Part shown: positions 1-13,447 of the stretch, in pieces
Layout: each line of letters starts with the position of its first letter
Numbering within the stretch: the stretch's first letter is position 1
Translations under genes and position numbers: made by a program
The notes under the pieces: generated by a model
What the model saw: the letters and a program-made list of their open reading frames with translations, nothing else
Databases searched by the model: none
Told to the model about the DNA's origin: nothing
NCBI GenBank assembly: GCA_000934665.2
Contig: KZ538059.1
Span: 62,001 to 126,000 of the forward strand
DNA: 64,000 nucleotides
Direction of reading: 5' to 3'
Origin: Catajapyx aquilonaris
Taxonomy: Eukaryota

Positions 1-1092
1 GAAATTATGCAAGCTAGGCTGTGGATCTTATTGATCAGAATCTGGGGATTTGGGATCTGGCTTGCTTCCTCGGCCTTTTTTCTATCCCTGGCAACGTTGG
101 CCACTATCACATCTCGTCTTTTTTTGAGAGTCCCGGGTATCCCATCTTGGGTGAGACTTCCGACAAGCGGGTGGAGACCCTTTTTCCTCTTCTCGAAATC
201 AAATCCGCGAGTCCGGCCATCCTCTTACAGCCTCGTTTCCGTGTCTTCTTTTGGCCGGACAGGAAAGGGGCTCAGGGGAAGGAGATTTGGACCACTTCCA
301 CGGACTGGGGCTGGGAAAAAGGAGAAGGACAGGTGTGAAAGAGGACACGTCTTTCCGCCGGGGAGAACGCCAAAATTGAAAATTCGCCAAGACTAGGAAC
401 ATTCCAACTTCCTGATACCAACTTTGGGATGGGCCAGCCAGTTCTGGCTGGAGCGGCGTCACATCACTTTTTGGACATCATAACCGGGCCAAATTAATTA
501 TTATCGGGAATTATTTTGAGCAGCATTATGCCTTTACTGCATTTCAACTGGAAACAATCCTAATTGGATTGTTGGTGCATGCATGTAATTAAAATGAATT
601 CCAACGGGATTGTGAAAACGGCTGCCATTATGCGTACAATCTACAGCATACTTTGTACGGTAATTTGTTGACAGTTACCTTTTGGGCCAGCAACTATGTC
701 ATTTCCAGACTCAGGTCTATTGCCCATCGAGCAATTTCCCTATTGACATTAGTCGCATGACTGAACCCGTCCATGCACAGATTGTTATTGGCATGTTGCA
801 CCTGTATTTCACGGTTAGCTGCTTCAAAGCAAAGCAGTCAGTGTAGGCGTAATTAAATTACAAAGTTCTTGTCAAGGGCCTTTCACACTATGCAATATTG
901 TTGTGTCGTTGACTCTACGTGTACTCGACTCATTATGGAACAAATGAAATCAAATCCCTCTTGATATTATATGAGTAGTAATATATTATAATAATAAAAT
1001 GCTGTACATAGTATAATCCCAAGATGTTCTGGTACACGTGTATCCATCGGGCTAATAAATAATATAACTAATAAAATAATTTTTATTTTCAG

Positions 1093-1298
1093 AAGCGTCA
1101 GCACTGCGATTGGTTGACGTCCGGATCCCACCACACGTGGTCAGAGGTCAAACTGCCAAGCTGGAATGCCACTACGAACTGGAGGGCGAGGTCCTTTACT
1201 CAGTCAAGTGGTACCGGAACGGCAACGAGTTCTTCCGATACCTTCCGGGAGAGGTGCCACCAGCTAAAGTCTTCCCTCTCAAGGGAGTCAATGTCGAC
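1093..1298 (+). CDS. beat-III: Beat-family Ig protein, internal coding exon A (N-terminal part of Ig domain 1)
   Basis: Acceptor ttttattttcAG at 1091-1092 and donor GTaagc at 1299. Phase 1 in, phase 0 out. Translates (x)ASALRLVDVRIPPHVVRGQTAKLECHYELEGEVLYSVKWYRNGNEFFRYLPGEVPPAKVFPLKGVNVD. The C.Y.L.G..LYSVKWY....EF.RY.P...P....F...G..VD pattern is the Beat Ig1 signature. Confidence 0.95.
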
Positions 1299-1626
1299 GT
1301 AAGCGCACATTTTCTTCCCTCTTCCGCTCTTAAAAAAGTCGGCTATTGTAAATAAGTAGGAGTGCAAAGTTGTCAACGGCCGCCACTAACGTGCCAAGTT
1401 TTCCCCCTGTAGTCAAACGAGGTCGGAATGACGAGGTTGTTAGTGTAGAGGGGTGAGAAATTAGCGCGTTAAAAAACATCGAGGTTTACTTCTGCAAAGC
1501 ACTTGCGGCATGAGTTTTTGCTTAATTTATGGCTTTATATTGCAGTGGCATTGTAGCAAGGTTAATGAGGGTTGTTAAAAATTGACGCCGTGCTCCCGTA
1601 GCTGTGAGAAAGAGACTAAAAGAATA

Positions 1627-1938
1627 CAGGGTGTTTGTAATGCGAGCAAACTTGATGAGTTTCTGGACACTGTTGGATTATTTCATGCAGGTATTTAAAA
1701 TCTTAATGTAAAATTAAACATTAAATTTTAAATTACAAAATTATCATGTGACAGCATGTCGTCGAGCCAGTGTCTCAGCCCGTCTCTGAGACATAGGATG
1801 GGGTTTATTGCACTCTTTAATTAATTCTAATTATCGCTCTAATGAGACTGCAGAGACCAAATGATATCTTTAACTAAAGTAATCGTCTAGTGCCCAGAAT
1901 TTCGCTCGAGAAGTTTTAAATCATCAGTAAACACCCTG
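1627..1938. mobile_element. Tc1/mariner-type MITE
   Basis: Termini TA|CAGGGTGTTT ... AAACACCCTG|TA with a TA target duplication (1625-1626 and 1939-1940). No coding capacity. Confidence 0.7.
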
Positions 1939-3189
1939 TATTCTGAAAACATCAGAATATTTTAATTAAACATATCGCGCGGCTGAGCGTGTCACCGGAC
2001 GGGTCAACTCATGCAGGGATAATTATTAGGTACATAAAACATAATTTTAGCTGTTAAACCTGACACCACCGGTCCTAAAATAGTTAATTGCACCCGGATT
2101 AAATAATATGAAACGCTGGAACAGCTCCTGTGCGTAAATCCTTGCAATGTCGCAATAAATAGTGTACCGGCTGTCGGTGAGTAACACACATCTGCAGAAC
2201 TTTTGACAGTTTGGACAGTTTTAAAGCTCCGTGTAAACTGTGCAAACACATGCAGACACTACTCCCTCGGGCCCAATTTGCATCGCTCAACCCTGTCTTT
2301 TCTCGTTCGATTCTTGTCCCGTTTGAGCGGAGAAAGTTTGAGGAAGGAAAGGCAGGCAGGCAGGCAGGCAAGACTAGATGGCTGCAAGAGAGCGACGGGT
2401 AAGTTGAGTCCGTCTTTCCGTGTTCTGGCCAAGAGTACTACTTGGCCGGTTGTGACCGTGGATCAATAAGATCCTCCTGTCGTTTCTTCATCCTTCCAAT
2501 TCCTCACGACGCTTCGCAGACGCGGCTTTTCAATTTGCTCCCCTAAGCACTGGGGAGCCCCTTTCTTCGCGCCGTTTCAAGTGTTTCAGCCTTCCCTACT
2601 GGGAATGTATGACAGTGAAACCTTGGTTATCACCCTCAGGCTTCCCTTGGGCCAAGCCTTCCCCACTTGGCTTTTCTTTAATTTTTTGTGTCCCTGTCTC
2701 AAGGCTGCGAGATATTCCTCACGCTAAAAAGAGCTGGAGGCATTGCCACTGATGGTTCGGTGCTAGTTTGGCTCACTTCGAGAGAAAACAGCCCCAATGC
2801 TCTATCCTGGCAGTTAGACCTCCCCCATACAAAAAGAGGCTTGAGGGTAGCCCTGAATAGTCAGGATAACATCATTCGACGCATCATCACCGACTCGACG
2901 CGACGCGACGCGACGCTAGTAGGGGGTTGGTATCAGTGTGACAGTCCGTGATGTGATAGTAAGGGGGAGTCATGGCATGTTTAAAAAACAAGCAGACATT
3001 CGAATTTTTTATTTTATTTTAAGTTTATTTTATTTAACGATTCCTGTTGTGGGTTATTTCCGGTTCGGGGATGCTCAAATATTTTAGGCGAGTATAGTAA
3101 ACTTTTTTAAATAATAACAGATGTACCTAAAATGCTGCTAGGATATGAATATGAGAGGAGAGAAGAAAGCTCGAAACAAGCATGACGTA

Positions 3190-3387
3190 CACCGGCGAGC
3201 ATAAAGTTGGAGACAGCAGGCCCTCACCTTCGGCAGGGTGCTCTTCCAATCTCAACTATTACGGTATCAAATACACAAACCCACGCCTGAAGCAGCTAAC
3301 TCGGTCCAAAAAGAGTCCATTAATTTGAGTCGGATAAAGAAAGGTCAGAGAAGGCCCGCAGCGTCTCCAACTTTATGCTCGCGGGTG
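3190..3387. mobile_element. Tc1/mariner-type MITE (198 bp)
   Basis: 25-bp TIRs caccggcgagcataaagttggagac / gtctccaactttatgctcgcgggtg with one mismatch, flanked by TA on both sides. Confidence 0.85.
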
Positions 3388-6300
3388 TACTTTATGGACT
3401 AAAAATAAAAATAATATCAGTCACCGGTGTTCGATCAAGTGTTCGATACATCTAAGCATCCTGGTACCCACCAAGGTTTATTTAGAAAATAAACCGGGTT
3501 CTACCTGGGGACAACAACAACAACGAGGATCGGAAGCAGCAATTTCGAGTCCACCATAATACCTCCCGTGAGTCGAACAAGGGATCTTCGTTCTAATGGT
3601 TGATTAGTGTTGGCTGCCATTTCTTTTCATCGCAGAGAGAAAAGGCGTAATACGTGAAGCTGGCGTGTAGTTGGAATCAACTGGTATTTTTTTAAGGACA
3701 CAAAGGTTGGCGAAATTACGAGACGGAGAGACGAGGATCAGCCTGCCCCTTGGAGAATTGGGCCAGGCTTTCTTCTTCCGATTCCCCGTCTAAACCGCAC
3801 AAATAATAAAGGAGAAGCTGACAATAGGAATGAGACTTGGAAAAAAAGTATTTGCCCACGCAAGTGTGGATAAATGGTAACTAATCACAATCCCCCCTTA
3901 CCCCTTACCCTTTCCACTACTTATGCGGAATCAATATGGGCCAACGAGTCTGCTCGTTTCCAGCCACGGGAAAACCTATGCATCCCAAAATAGGTGGAAT
4001 GTGGAACAAAGAGAATTCCTTGCAAAATGTGTCTTGGAAACCAAGCCAGAGGGGATTAATTCGACGCTTTGATCCGACGAATAGTTTCACAGCTAATGTA
4101 CAGTACAGTAAAAGGAGCGAAATTCAGCTACGGTGTGAAAAGAGATGGGATGGGGGGTTGGTCCGAGGGATAAAACGTTTTAAATTGGAGGGAGAATAAG
4201 GCAGGACATGTTAGATATGCCACTTGTCAGGCTGATGCTGTAGAGATGAATTTCAATTTTGGTGGTCATCTCGGGTCCAACATGTGTCAGGAAGGGATTA
4301 CGTTTTGTCAGAGCCGGAGTGCCACTCGTACGTCAGCTCCTATTTCGTTCCATTCTGATACTGCACTACTGTAATGTAATGGTGAAATATTGGTCTTTAT
4401 AATTCATGTTTTGAAAATTCAGCTTCTCAAAATGTTTGAGCTAATATAAACTAAATATACTTAGGTTATTGTTACTGATATTATCTGTAATCCTATCTGT
4501 AAAGATAGTAATTTTGCCTTTAATCATCCCAATGGCACTATACCTGCATTGTAGTCAACCTTGCATCATAGTTGGTGGGAATATTATTGCTGTTAGTCCT
4601 ATTTAAATGTGCTAAAACTATAGTCTCATTCATATTGTTGTGTAATGAAGGGGTTTTAAATAAAGGTTGAATGTTAAATGTTCATGTAATGTCTAAAGGT
4701 TGTTACGTTAAATATGAAATTAATGTTTCATTAAGTAGGATGGTTACGTCCCCATCAATTTGTTTTAAAATTTGGAACTCTGTTGTCTATATCGAGGTTA
4801 CACTACTTTGTCCACTCCAGAACATGTGAATTCTGACATGAGCGGTTATTCATAATTATACAAAATTTTGTTTTTTCTGGTATCTGCCATATGTTCTCCA
4901 GATAGGACGATTCTTTGGCCTACTGTATACTAAGGCGAAATAATATGCATCATTCTTGGAGACTTAAAACGCTGGGCCACAGTATTTTGCTCAGTGTGGC
5001 CTGTGTGGGGAGAAGGAAAGTCAGCATAAAAAAACTGATGGTGTCTTATCATGGTCATGTAATAATCAAAATCGCGTTCATTGTCCCGAATTATAGGTCT
5101 GATCTACACGGCCGTGGCAGTGTTAGTGGCAGTGGACAAGCGAGATTCACGTAAACCACATTGCTTTTCATCTGAAAATAATCCATAATAAATCATTTAC
5201 CCTTTTTACAGCATATGTGTCAGCAGTCCAACTAGTGTTAATTATGGCAAGTTTTGATTACGTTATCACAGGTGGTATATGTCACTTCACCCGCTTATTA
5301 GCGGGAACCGTGTTGGCAGCCTAGCGTACGCTCTGCAGGATATTTTCTATTCTTCCAATAGTAAAATTATAAAAAGTGAATACCCATCGCACAGCATAAT
5401 GAAACGTTCCAATCAAAAATGATATCGGGGATTTTGGTCTGAGAATAGGCTAGGAAATCGCTTTACCTTCAGCAGATACGGAAGTTACCACCCTCTATGT
5501 GTAAATATAATTTAAGGGTAAAAGCAAGGATAATGATTTGCAGCAATATCAAGAGAAAATAATTATCTGGCTCAAAATGTGCCAATTTTGTGCCTCTGAA
5601 AAAATGTCCCTTTTTAAATAGTCGAGAAGGCCTCGTTCCCAAAATTGCCATTGAGTACAAAAGGAGTTGTTTTTAGAAAGTCTTTTCCTGAGTGGTATTC
5701 CAGTAGACCAGCATGATTCCAGCTGTAAAGGTCTGGGCGCAACTCCCATTTAAGGACAGTTGTAAGTTTCGAAATTGCAAATACGCAAGCCTCAGAATGT
5801 CCTATTTTGTCAGAGGCAAAAGCCAGGGACGAGTTGGATGGGACGGGTCATGTCTACTTGTGTCGCCACGGAAATGAAAGCGAGTGACATGCAAGCTTCC
5901 TTTCCGCTCCCCTGCCGGCTTTTAACGGCCTCGCAGATTACAACCCTTTCTTCAGTGATCCCCATTTTTTGCCTGAAAGGCTTCGGATCCGCTCTCTCTA
6001 GGTATCAAGTGCGGACCCTGCAGATCCAGGGGAAATGCGACACTGTCTGCTGAATTTCTTCAACGTCGACTATTTTCCATGTGGGTACTCAAATTGATCT
6101 TTATAAATGTACCGAATTTTTCAAAATGGAAAATAGGTTTTTTTTTTAATTGACCATCGGCCACACTATTATACTGTACGACCGAAAAAACGTCGCGTAA
6201 AGACCTAGTTTGTAATGGGCTCAGTTTTTAAAATATTATTTAAAAAATATGTGGCCACGTAACCCAGACTGATATTAAAACCAGTGACCTACAGGAAGCT

Positions 6301-9300
6301 GCCTTGTGTTACTGAGCTAACTTTCGTATACGAGTGTAAATTCTTCCCTTGACAAGAAGAGCAAACGCCTGGGTACCGTCAGTTCTTCAAACAAATATTA
6401 ATTGCGGTATGTCATCTGATTTTTTGTTAATTAAACCCGAGAGTCAGATCCACGTATATCAACATCACATATAGTCCTGGGCAGCAAAGATGAGGGCATG
6501 AGCCGTAGGCAAATTTAAATTAGTTCATCGCACACAGGCCTTGTATTTCCCGTGTTTAATTCCCTGGACTCATGGTCGACCAGCCCGCGATCCTAATTCT
6601 TTTGAATCACTGCCATCGCCGTCGCCTTATAAAAAGCAGCCTTTGATCTTATTTCCGCCAGCCTCACATGGAAATGTCCCCGAAGCGGTGGCCTGGACCA
6701 CACGTTCGATGTGAAAAATTCTGAGCAGCAGCCAAATGAGATGGGGACATATTCGTGCTTATTTATACTGCGTTAAAAAAAAATAGATATGTGGACATGT
6801 GTTGAGCTTGTGCTGCACTCTGCTAAAGTCTGTTGTAATAATGAAATATGTTCCCGTTTTGTGGCGCTATTTACGTCCGGAATTGCTTGAACACGCCAGC
6901 CGTCGCGTATACTCTTAATAACCGTATTGCAGCTTTCAGTCGTGTTAGCGTACCTTCATGCTTCCTGATCAATACTACGGTAGCAAATTATTACCACTGA
7001 GTTAGTTCCATTATTTCGCCTTTAAGTACACTTGGTTTGCTGGTTATTGCGAATAAATCCTGCATGAATATTAATTCGAGTCACATCTTGAAATCAGAAG
7101 CAGTTTCACCCCTGACTCGGCACTCTGTGTGTCCCATAGCTGCTGCAATGGTTTGTGATATATTGACCCACTGTAAAATGAAACCCTGACAGCAGTTATT
7201 TGCGTCTTGTTGGATAAAGAATTGCACCTGACATTATTGCCACATACTATACCGGATAATTATCGGCTAACAAGCAATCATAGTGTGATTTATCTAGCAG
7301 CGCATGTTAATCATCCCTGTCCACACTGATTGACCTATGCAAATATGGGGCCTAATTTTGCGATTTATGCTTTACTTCAATAAGTCAACGATTGTAGTCA
7401 TGAAACAAATCGAGTTGTTTCGATCCCAATAACAAACAAAAGACTCTTCTATTGAAATAGTGTGCAAATAATCATGGTCCGATTGTGACAACTCGTTAAC
7501 TAGCCTACGCAGCCTGCACAAAAAAATAGTCGCAAACAAGCTGGAACAGGTTGTCAGAAATGTTTTCGGGATTCAATTAAATCTGACACAGAACAGACAG
7601 CACGCATTAAATTATTTCTCTCCCACGTTAAGGAATGATATTACGAGTAATAACAGGCCATTTTCTGCCTGCCCATCAGTGGCGGGCAACGCATCGCGGG
7701 ATGGACATTATCAGCTTCCGAGAAGCCTCTGGAATTCCCTCCCACGATATGGACGGGGAGATTCCCCACAAAACACTTTACTTCGGAAATGGCAACTGGC
7801 GTGCGGAAAATGAAGTGCCACTCCTCCCCCATGTCCTAATCTTTTTCCTTCGCTCCTGACAGGGGAAGGAATCAACTTGCAATGGCTCATCTCCACTTCA
7901 TCAGATTCAATATGGGCATGGGCATGGTCATGTATTGCATCCTATTTCTGCCCCATTATGCCGTTCAAGGAACATAGCCAGTAATAAGGCATGCGCTAAG
8001 AAAACTACAACATGAATGATGCAGGACCGTGATTTTCACATTACGGTTTGATTCTGATATCTGAAAGTGAAATGGGACCGTTACTTTCCTTTCATTATAG
8101 ACTGGTGAGGTCAGGTCAGGTACTAAAAAATAGTAGCTACAGAAGCTATATTTTTGTGGAGATGGTGCCAGTAAATTATTAGTTCTGACCTCCCTAGGTC
8201 ATCTCTTTTGACCCTGCAGAGTCACTTAATGATACACAATTGGCAAAACCTATTTATTGTTCTAGCCTCTGCCAAGACCGTCACACGACTACTCTACAGA
8301 GCACGAAGCGTCTCTCAGACACTCCAACCATCTCTTGGCAAAACAGCCAACTCGTAACTATCTCCATCTTGTGGATGTCACAAAATCCAGAAAAGCCCCG
8401 GAATAGTAGCCGTTTCAGTTATTTGATAGAAGTAATCCAAAGTTATAAAAAATTATATCATCTAGCAATTTATTGTTGAAAAAGCTCAAATTGGACTGGA
8501 ATAAATGTTTACATTTACAAATTATTTATTAGGATATTTATGCAGGCCATTAATCTCGTGCCTGGTCCGCATCCATGTTTCTAGAAAAATGAGGCCGAGA
8601 GGTTTTTCAGTCTTGTGACGTGGAGGTTAAGTAGAGGCGGCGTTTTGGTGTTTCTTCGCACGTAGAGCGTGTCGTGCTGAGGAAATTTGTTGGGGACGAC
8701 GTAATGTCATCTTTCTTGGCTTGAGAAAGGTGGAACGCCGGCGTTATTACAGTATTTCGGCCTTGTGGAACGCGTAAATGAAGCTGCGGGAGAGGCACTT
8801 TGCTGCTAGTGACAAGCCCCGAAAAAAAGGACAGATTGTGTACCTGATGTCGGCAATCACTAAGCACCAATCAAAAACAAGATGCATCTAAATACTGCAG
8901 CTGTAAAAAAAAGTATTGTACAACATATTGCTGAACGTGCTGAGCGTATGGCGCCACTTGGTTTCGGAACATTGCTTGGCAATGTGGTATGGCCGAAAAT
9001 ATAAATGAGGTGCAAAAGCGTATGTCCCCGTGAGCCGTTGTCACTTGCACGCTCTGTCAGTTCGTGTTCGCCTGTGTAGACAGCACCGGACATGGCGTGG
9101 AATAATTAGGTTTATTTTGGTGCTGGCCATCATGAAACTGTCGACCATCTTGCCGCCTCTCCAAAAAAAAAAGTACCGGAGCTATACAATGGTATAGGTA
9201 TCAACGGTTGAGCAAGCGACGTTGGGTTTAAAGTTCCCAAATTTTTTTGTGCTGCTAAGGTGCAGTGAAGAGAAGGGAGATAAGCTGAACACTTTCCTGA

Positions 9301-12300
9301 AAGCCATAATAAGGAAGTGTCACAATGTGTTCTTGTGTGATATAATATCGCATTAAAAGTGACCCAGTGTACGACGGGAATGCAAAGTTTGAGTTGTTTT
9401 ATCTATAAATTAAATCTAAGTTATCTGCTTCAAACATGAGTTGAAGGAGTACGTCCTCCTTTACAGTTTAGAAAACGAGGGGCTAATGTGTTTTCGCTCT
9501 TCAAAGTATTTATTTATTTACTTTTACTACCCCTTTAGGGGATCTAAGCCGTTTGGAGGGAGGGCTCTTCAGAATGTTATAGCTACGTGTTGGTAAATAA
9601 GTCACAGATTTATAAACGCCATTTGCTATTGCATGAGTAGCCACTCTACAGTTGTTCTCATGATCAATATTCTGCAAGTGTTCAGTTATTCCGGAGAAAG
9701 ACACATGAATGAATTATATATGAAGAGAAAGTTTACTATGAATTTACAAGATAGTGTGAATGTCCTGCATGTAGAAGTGTCAGATTGTATGATAGGAAAT
9801 TCGGTACATAATTCAGGTTTTATCCTTGCTCCCACGCAGTTATTAGCCTATTTTGATAATTCCGCATAATTTAGCACCAACCGCAAAGGGACTACTAGCA
9901 GAAAGCTAAAAAAATAATTCCACTTAAACCTTCCCGCCTTGCCATTCAGTACTCTGCCCCCCTTAAACGTTGAGCTCATAGACAACTTGCCTAGAAGTAA
10001 ATCCGCCGCTGTGTATCATCTCCCCATCTTTATCCTGAAGTAGGCCTACCAACATTCCAAGACGAGCTCAACTTTGTCCGACTAAATTACCTTATTCCCA
10101 GCACCCCTAACCCCCGACACCCAGCCCTCTCTTCCACTTTACCCCTTCTTTAATTACATTCTGGAAAACCTCTCCCAAAATGAAATAATGGATGGAGCCC
10201 CTGTTGAACTTGGTTTGTGGGCGTTTCTCATCTACAAGAGACTATTTATAGTAAGAAGTAATCCAGGTTCTGGCTTTGATTTATTGCCTTGTCGCAGTGG
10301 GGGAAGGAGGGAGAGGGAAGGAGGGATAGAAAAATGCGGGAGGAAAGCAGTTTCACCACGAAGAAGAGATTGACGACGAGAGGCAAATAAGGGGGCAAAA
10401 GTGTTAAGGGAACGCGTCAGGGCTTGATTGGCAGAACGCTCTGCAAACCTTGATTGGCCAATTTCAGCTGCCGGACACTCTGGGGAAATCCTGCCATAAT
10501 ACGCCGTTTTATTGCCTGCGGATAATGAGGTTGGTAAGTCAGCAAATGGGATACTCGGTTCGATAGTTTCCGTCATGTCGTACTGTATATAGTGTTGTAT
10601 TCATGCATTCTAAGGCAACATGGCGCAATTTTATTCCCAACAATTTGAATTGTTGATGTCACAACCAATCGAATGCTTGTGGATGCATAATGTCAAATGC
10701 CTCTAAACCTTTTTTACACACTCACCAACAGGAGTCGTAACCAACACTGAACTATTCGCGATCTATCATCGACGCCTGCAAATCACAGCACCTACATCAT
10801 CACTCGAGAAAAAAGCGACGACTCCACAAAACGACTCTTCTCTGGGTTCTTCCAGAGAGAAATCAGTCTGGACCGAAACGACCCTATAATTCATCGGCGG
10901 TAATGCCTCCGCTCGTTTCTAGCGCCTATATATCATCTACTCTATGTGCCACAAATCACCGCCACCTCTCGTTTGTAAACCTACGACTAAAAAGTCAAGT
11001 GTGCATGGGGTGGGGTAGCTGTGGGTGGGGGAAAAAATGGCGTCCGTGTGGATGATTGCCGTTGCTCTCCAGGCCTGAGTCCGCCATTCTGCTGCTGGGA
11101 TGGCCCATTGACAGCTGGGGTTAGTTCACGACACTAATCTGACTGGTGAAGTTGGGAAAACGGCCTCAGAGCTGATGTAGCCCGAAATCTACAAAGCTAG
11201 GACACAGCCAGCCAGATCTAGAATTGTCTTTCCTAATTAACATTAAGGCTTAAATGTGTCCGTTTCTGACGGGACTTTGCGAAAGGAGTGACGGCATATG
11301 CTTTGAGTTTGCGGTGGGGACCGGTACCTATTACATGAGTCGTTCGCACAAAATTCATATCCTGGCTGGGAACTAAGAGACAGTGTGACCGTTGTTCAAA
11401 AAACCAAGGATAAGACGATGTATTCTCGAGGCACCAGGCGACCTGAAGTTGTAAACAAGTAGCCTATGTAAAAGTATATAACATTAAAGAATGTGATATT
11501 GAAATAAGTATTTTAGGTTAAGAGCCTCAACACAAGAGGTACCAGTGGGCTATACTTAGAATTTGGCAGTTTTCGCAGACACTGCTGTTCGTAGATGACG
11601 TGTTCTTTACGGTGTCGATCTTTTTAATTTCCTGTATTGCGTCTGACCCATGCAATTAAAATCAGAGAAAACTCCACCGTTATTGATAATGACGTTCACT
11701 CGAACTTCATGTCAATTCCAATATCCCCATTTTAGGCAGAAATGGGAGTGGGCGATGTTTTTGGTCGTAACACTCCATCAATGACACCTAATGGTTTAAA
11801 AACCCATTTAAAATGCCCTGCAATCATCAACTGATAGAGGGAATGCCCTCTAGTAATCGGGTTGCATAACCATAGGCCACATGTAAATAGCTGAACTGGC
11901 CACGAAATGAGTGCATTCAAAGCAATACTTCGTATACAGTAGGCTACTCTGGATTTTGACTCTTCTCTTTTGCCTACAGGCTATAGTAGGCTAATATATT
12001 GCAGTGGGTTACTTGAACTGTTCACGCTCAGACACTGTTGTATGCATAATTTAGGCAACATGGTAACATACTCTACTGAAGCAAAAATGTGAAAATAATC
12101 CATCTTTCAATCAGTAAAATTAAATGTCCGAGTAGAGTATTATATTTTATACTAAAAAGGTAAGGTTTCGCGGAGGGATGCAAATACCTGCTATAATATT
12201 GTACAACTTGGTACGTATATTTTAAGCACATTATCTCGGTGTCCCAAACGTTTCGCCAAGAAAAGCAGACCTGCACTATGCCTTCATGTGCACTACATCC

Positions 12301-12706
12301 TAGATGAACCCTATACAGTATTCTTAGGCTCCGTCAGCCAGATAAAAACATTAGTTTCTTGTATTCGTAGTTCCTTTTTGTGACTCGTGCAGCATGCATG
12401 TTACAGTAATTTCAAATTGGTTGACTGAATTATGTACATTGTTGCAATGGCATTACTACAGTACAGTACATATGTATATATCCCAGCATCCATGCCGTTT
12501 GCAACTCTACGTATTTATTTACAGTATGGTGCGGTAAACTAACCGTGAGTTTACGCATTTAAATTGTAAACAAAATTATGTAAATGAAACATCATGTAAT
12601 TTAAAGAAATATTAATTTTTGCAAACTTCATTTTATACAGTATAGCCTGTCCATATGGCGTTCAGTACCGCCAAGTGTGCGGCCGTTTCTATACAGTACA
12701 GTATAA

Positions 12707-13069
12707 CAGAGTGAATTAGAACTCCCAAGTCATTCTCCCGCTAAGGTAGGCTACTGGATGACCTCATACAACTTTAAATTTGTGGGTGAAAAATGTCGAA
12801 ACCCCGAACGTTAACGACCAAGAGAAGTGCAATTCGCGTGGTCGAGTTTGTCTATGGACAAGCAAACTGTGCGTTATGATCCAGAATAAGGTGACCTTAT
12901 TATGGATCATAACGCACAGTTTAGCCCCCTCATTGGCCGTGCCATGCGCTTTCTTGATCGTCATTTTACTTCGTTAACTCCTGGGTTTTCGACATTTTTC
13001 ACCCCTATATTTTTTAGACTTTTGGGCCAACGAGTGGTGGGAGACTGACCTGAGTTCTGACTCACCATG
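12707..13069. mobile_element. Concentric fold-back element (MITE-like, three nested inverted-repeat layers)
   Basis: Outer degenerate IR: cagagtgaattagaactc..gtcattctccc / gggagactgac..gagttctgactcaccatg. Middle IR: gggtgaaaaatgtcgaaac...gttaacga (12784-12817) / tcgttaac...gttttcgacatttttcaccc (12971-13004). Central 59-bp palindrome at 12864-12922 with one mismatch. Confidence 0.8.
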
Positions 13070-13363
13070 TACTATACATGCATCAAAATTTCAAACACAA
13101 ATTCCGTATCGATTGAGAAGGCGAATATCCTGTATTATATATTCTGAAAGAACTATACGCATCGCTACGCTTTCAAGCCAATAATGCCTTTGTATGCGTT
13201 GGTACGACGATGTCAATTCAATTGCATAAAATATACAGTACGGAGTGTTCTGCAATAATATCAGCAGCATTCTATGGCGAACTGCTAGTTCCAGAGAATC
13301 ACTATTCAAGGGTGTTATTAGGTCTCCCTTTCCTAGTTATCAAGCTCTCTATAGTATTTATCA

Positions 13364-13447
13364 AAGAGTCAACTATAATCAAACTATAATAAGCTGTATA
13401 AGCTATATAATCGGACTATAATAAGAGTCAACTATAATCAAACTATA
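13364..13447 (+). repeat. Short direct repeat with a low-complexity ctata array
   Basis: aagagtcaactataatcaaactata at 13364-13388 and 13423-13447, with ctata variants between. Confidence 0.8.

Noticed and set aside
7..396. Hydrophobic ORFs at the window start as the Beat signal-peptide exon
   Set aside because: The donor at 151 gives phase 0 for the ATG frame while exon A needs phase 1. The phase-1 frame starts with GTG and does not resemble a signal peptide. The true exon is probably upstream.
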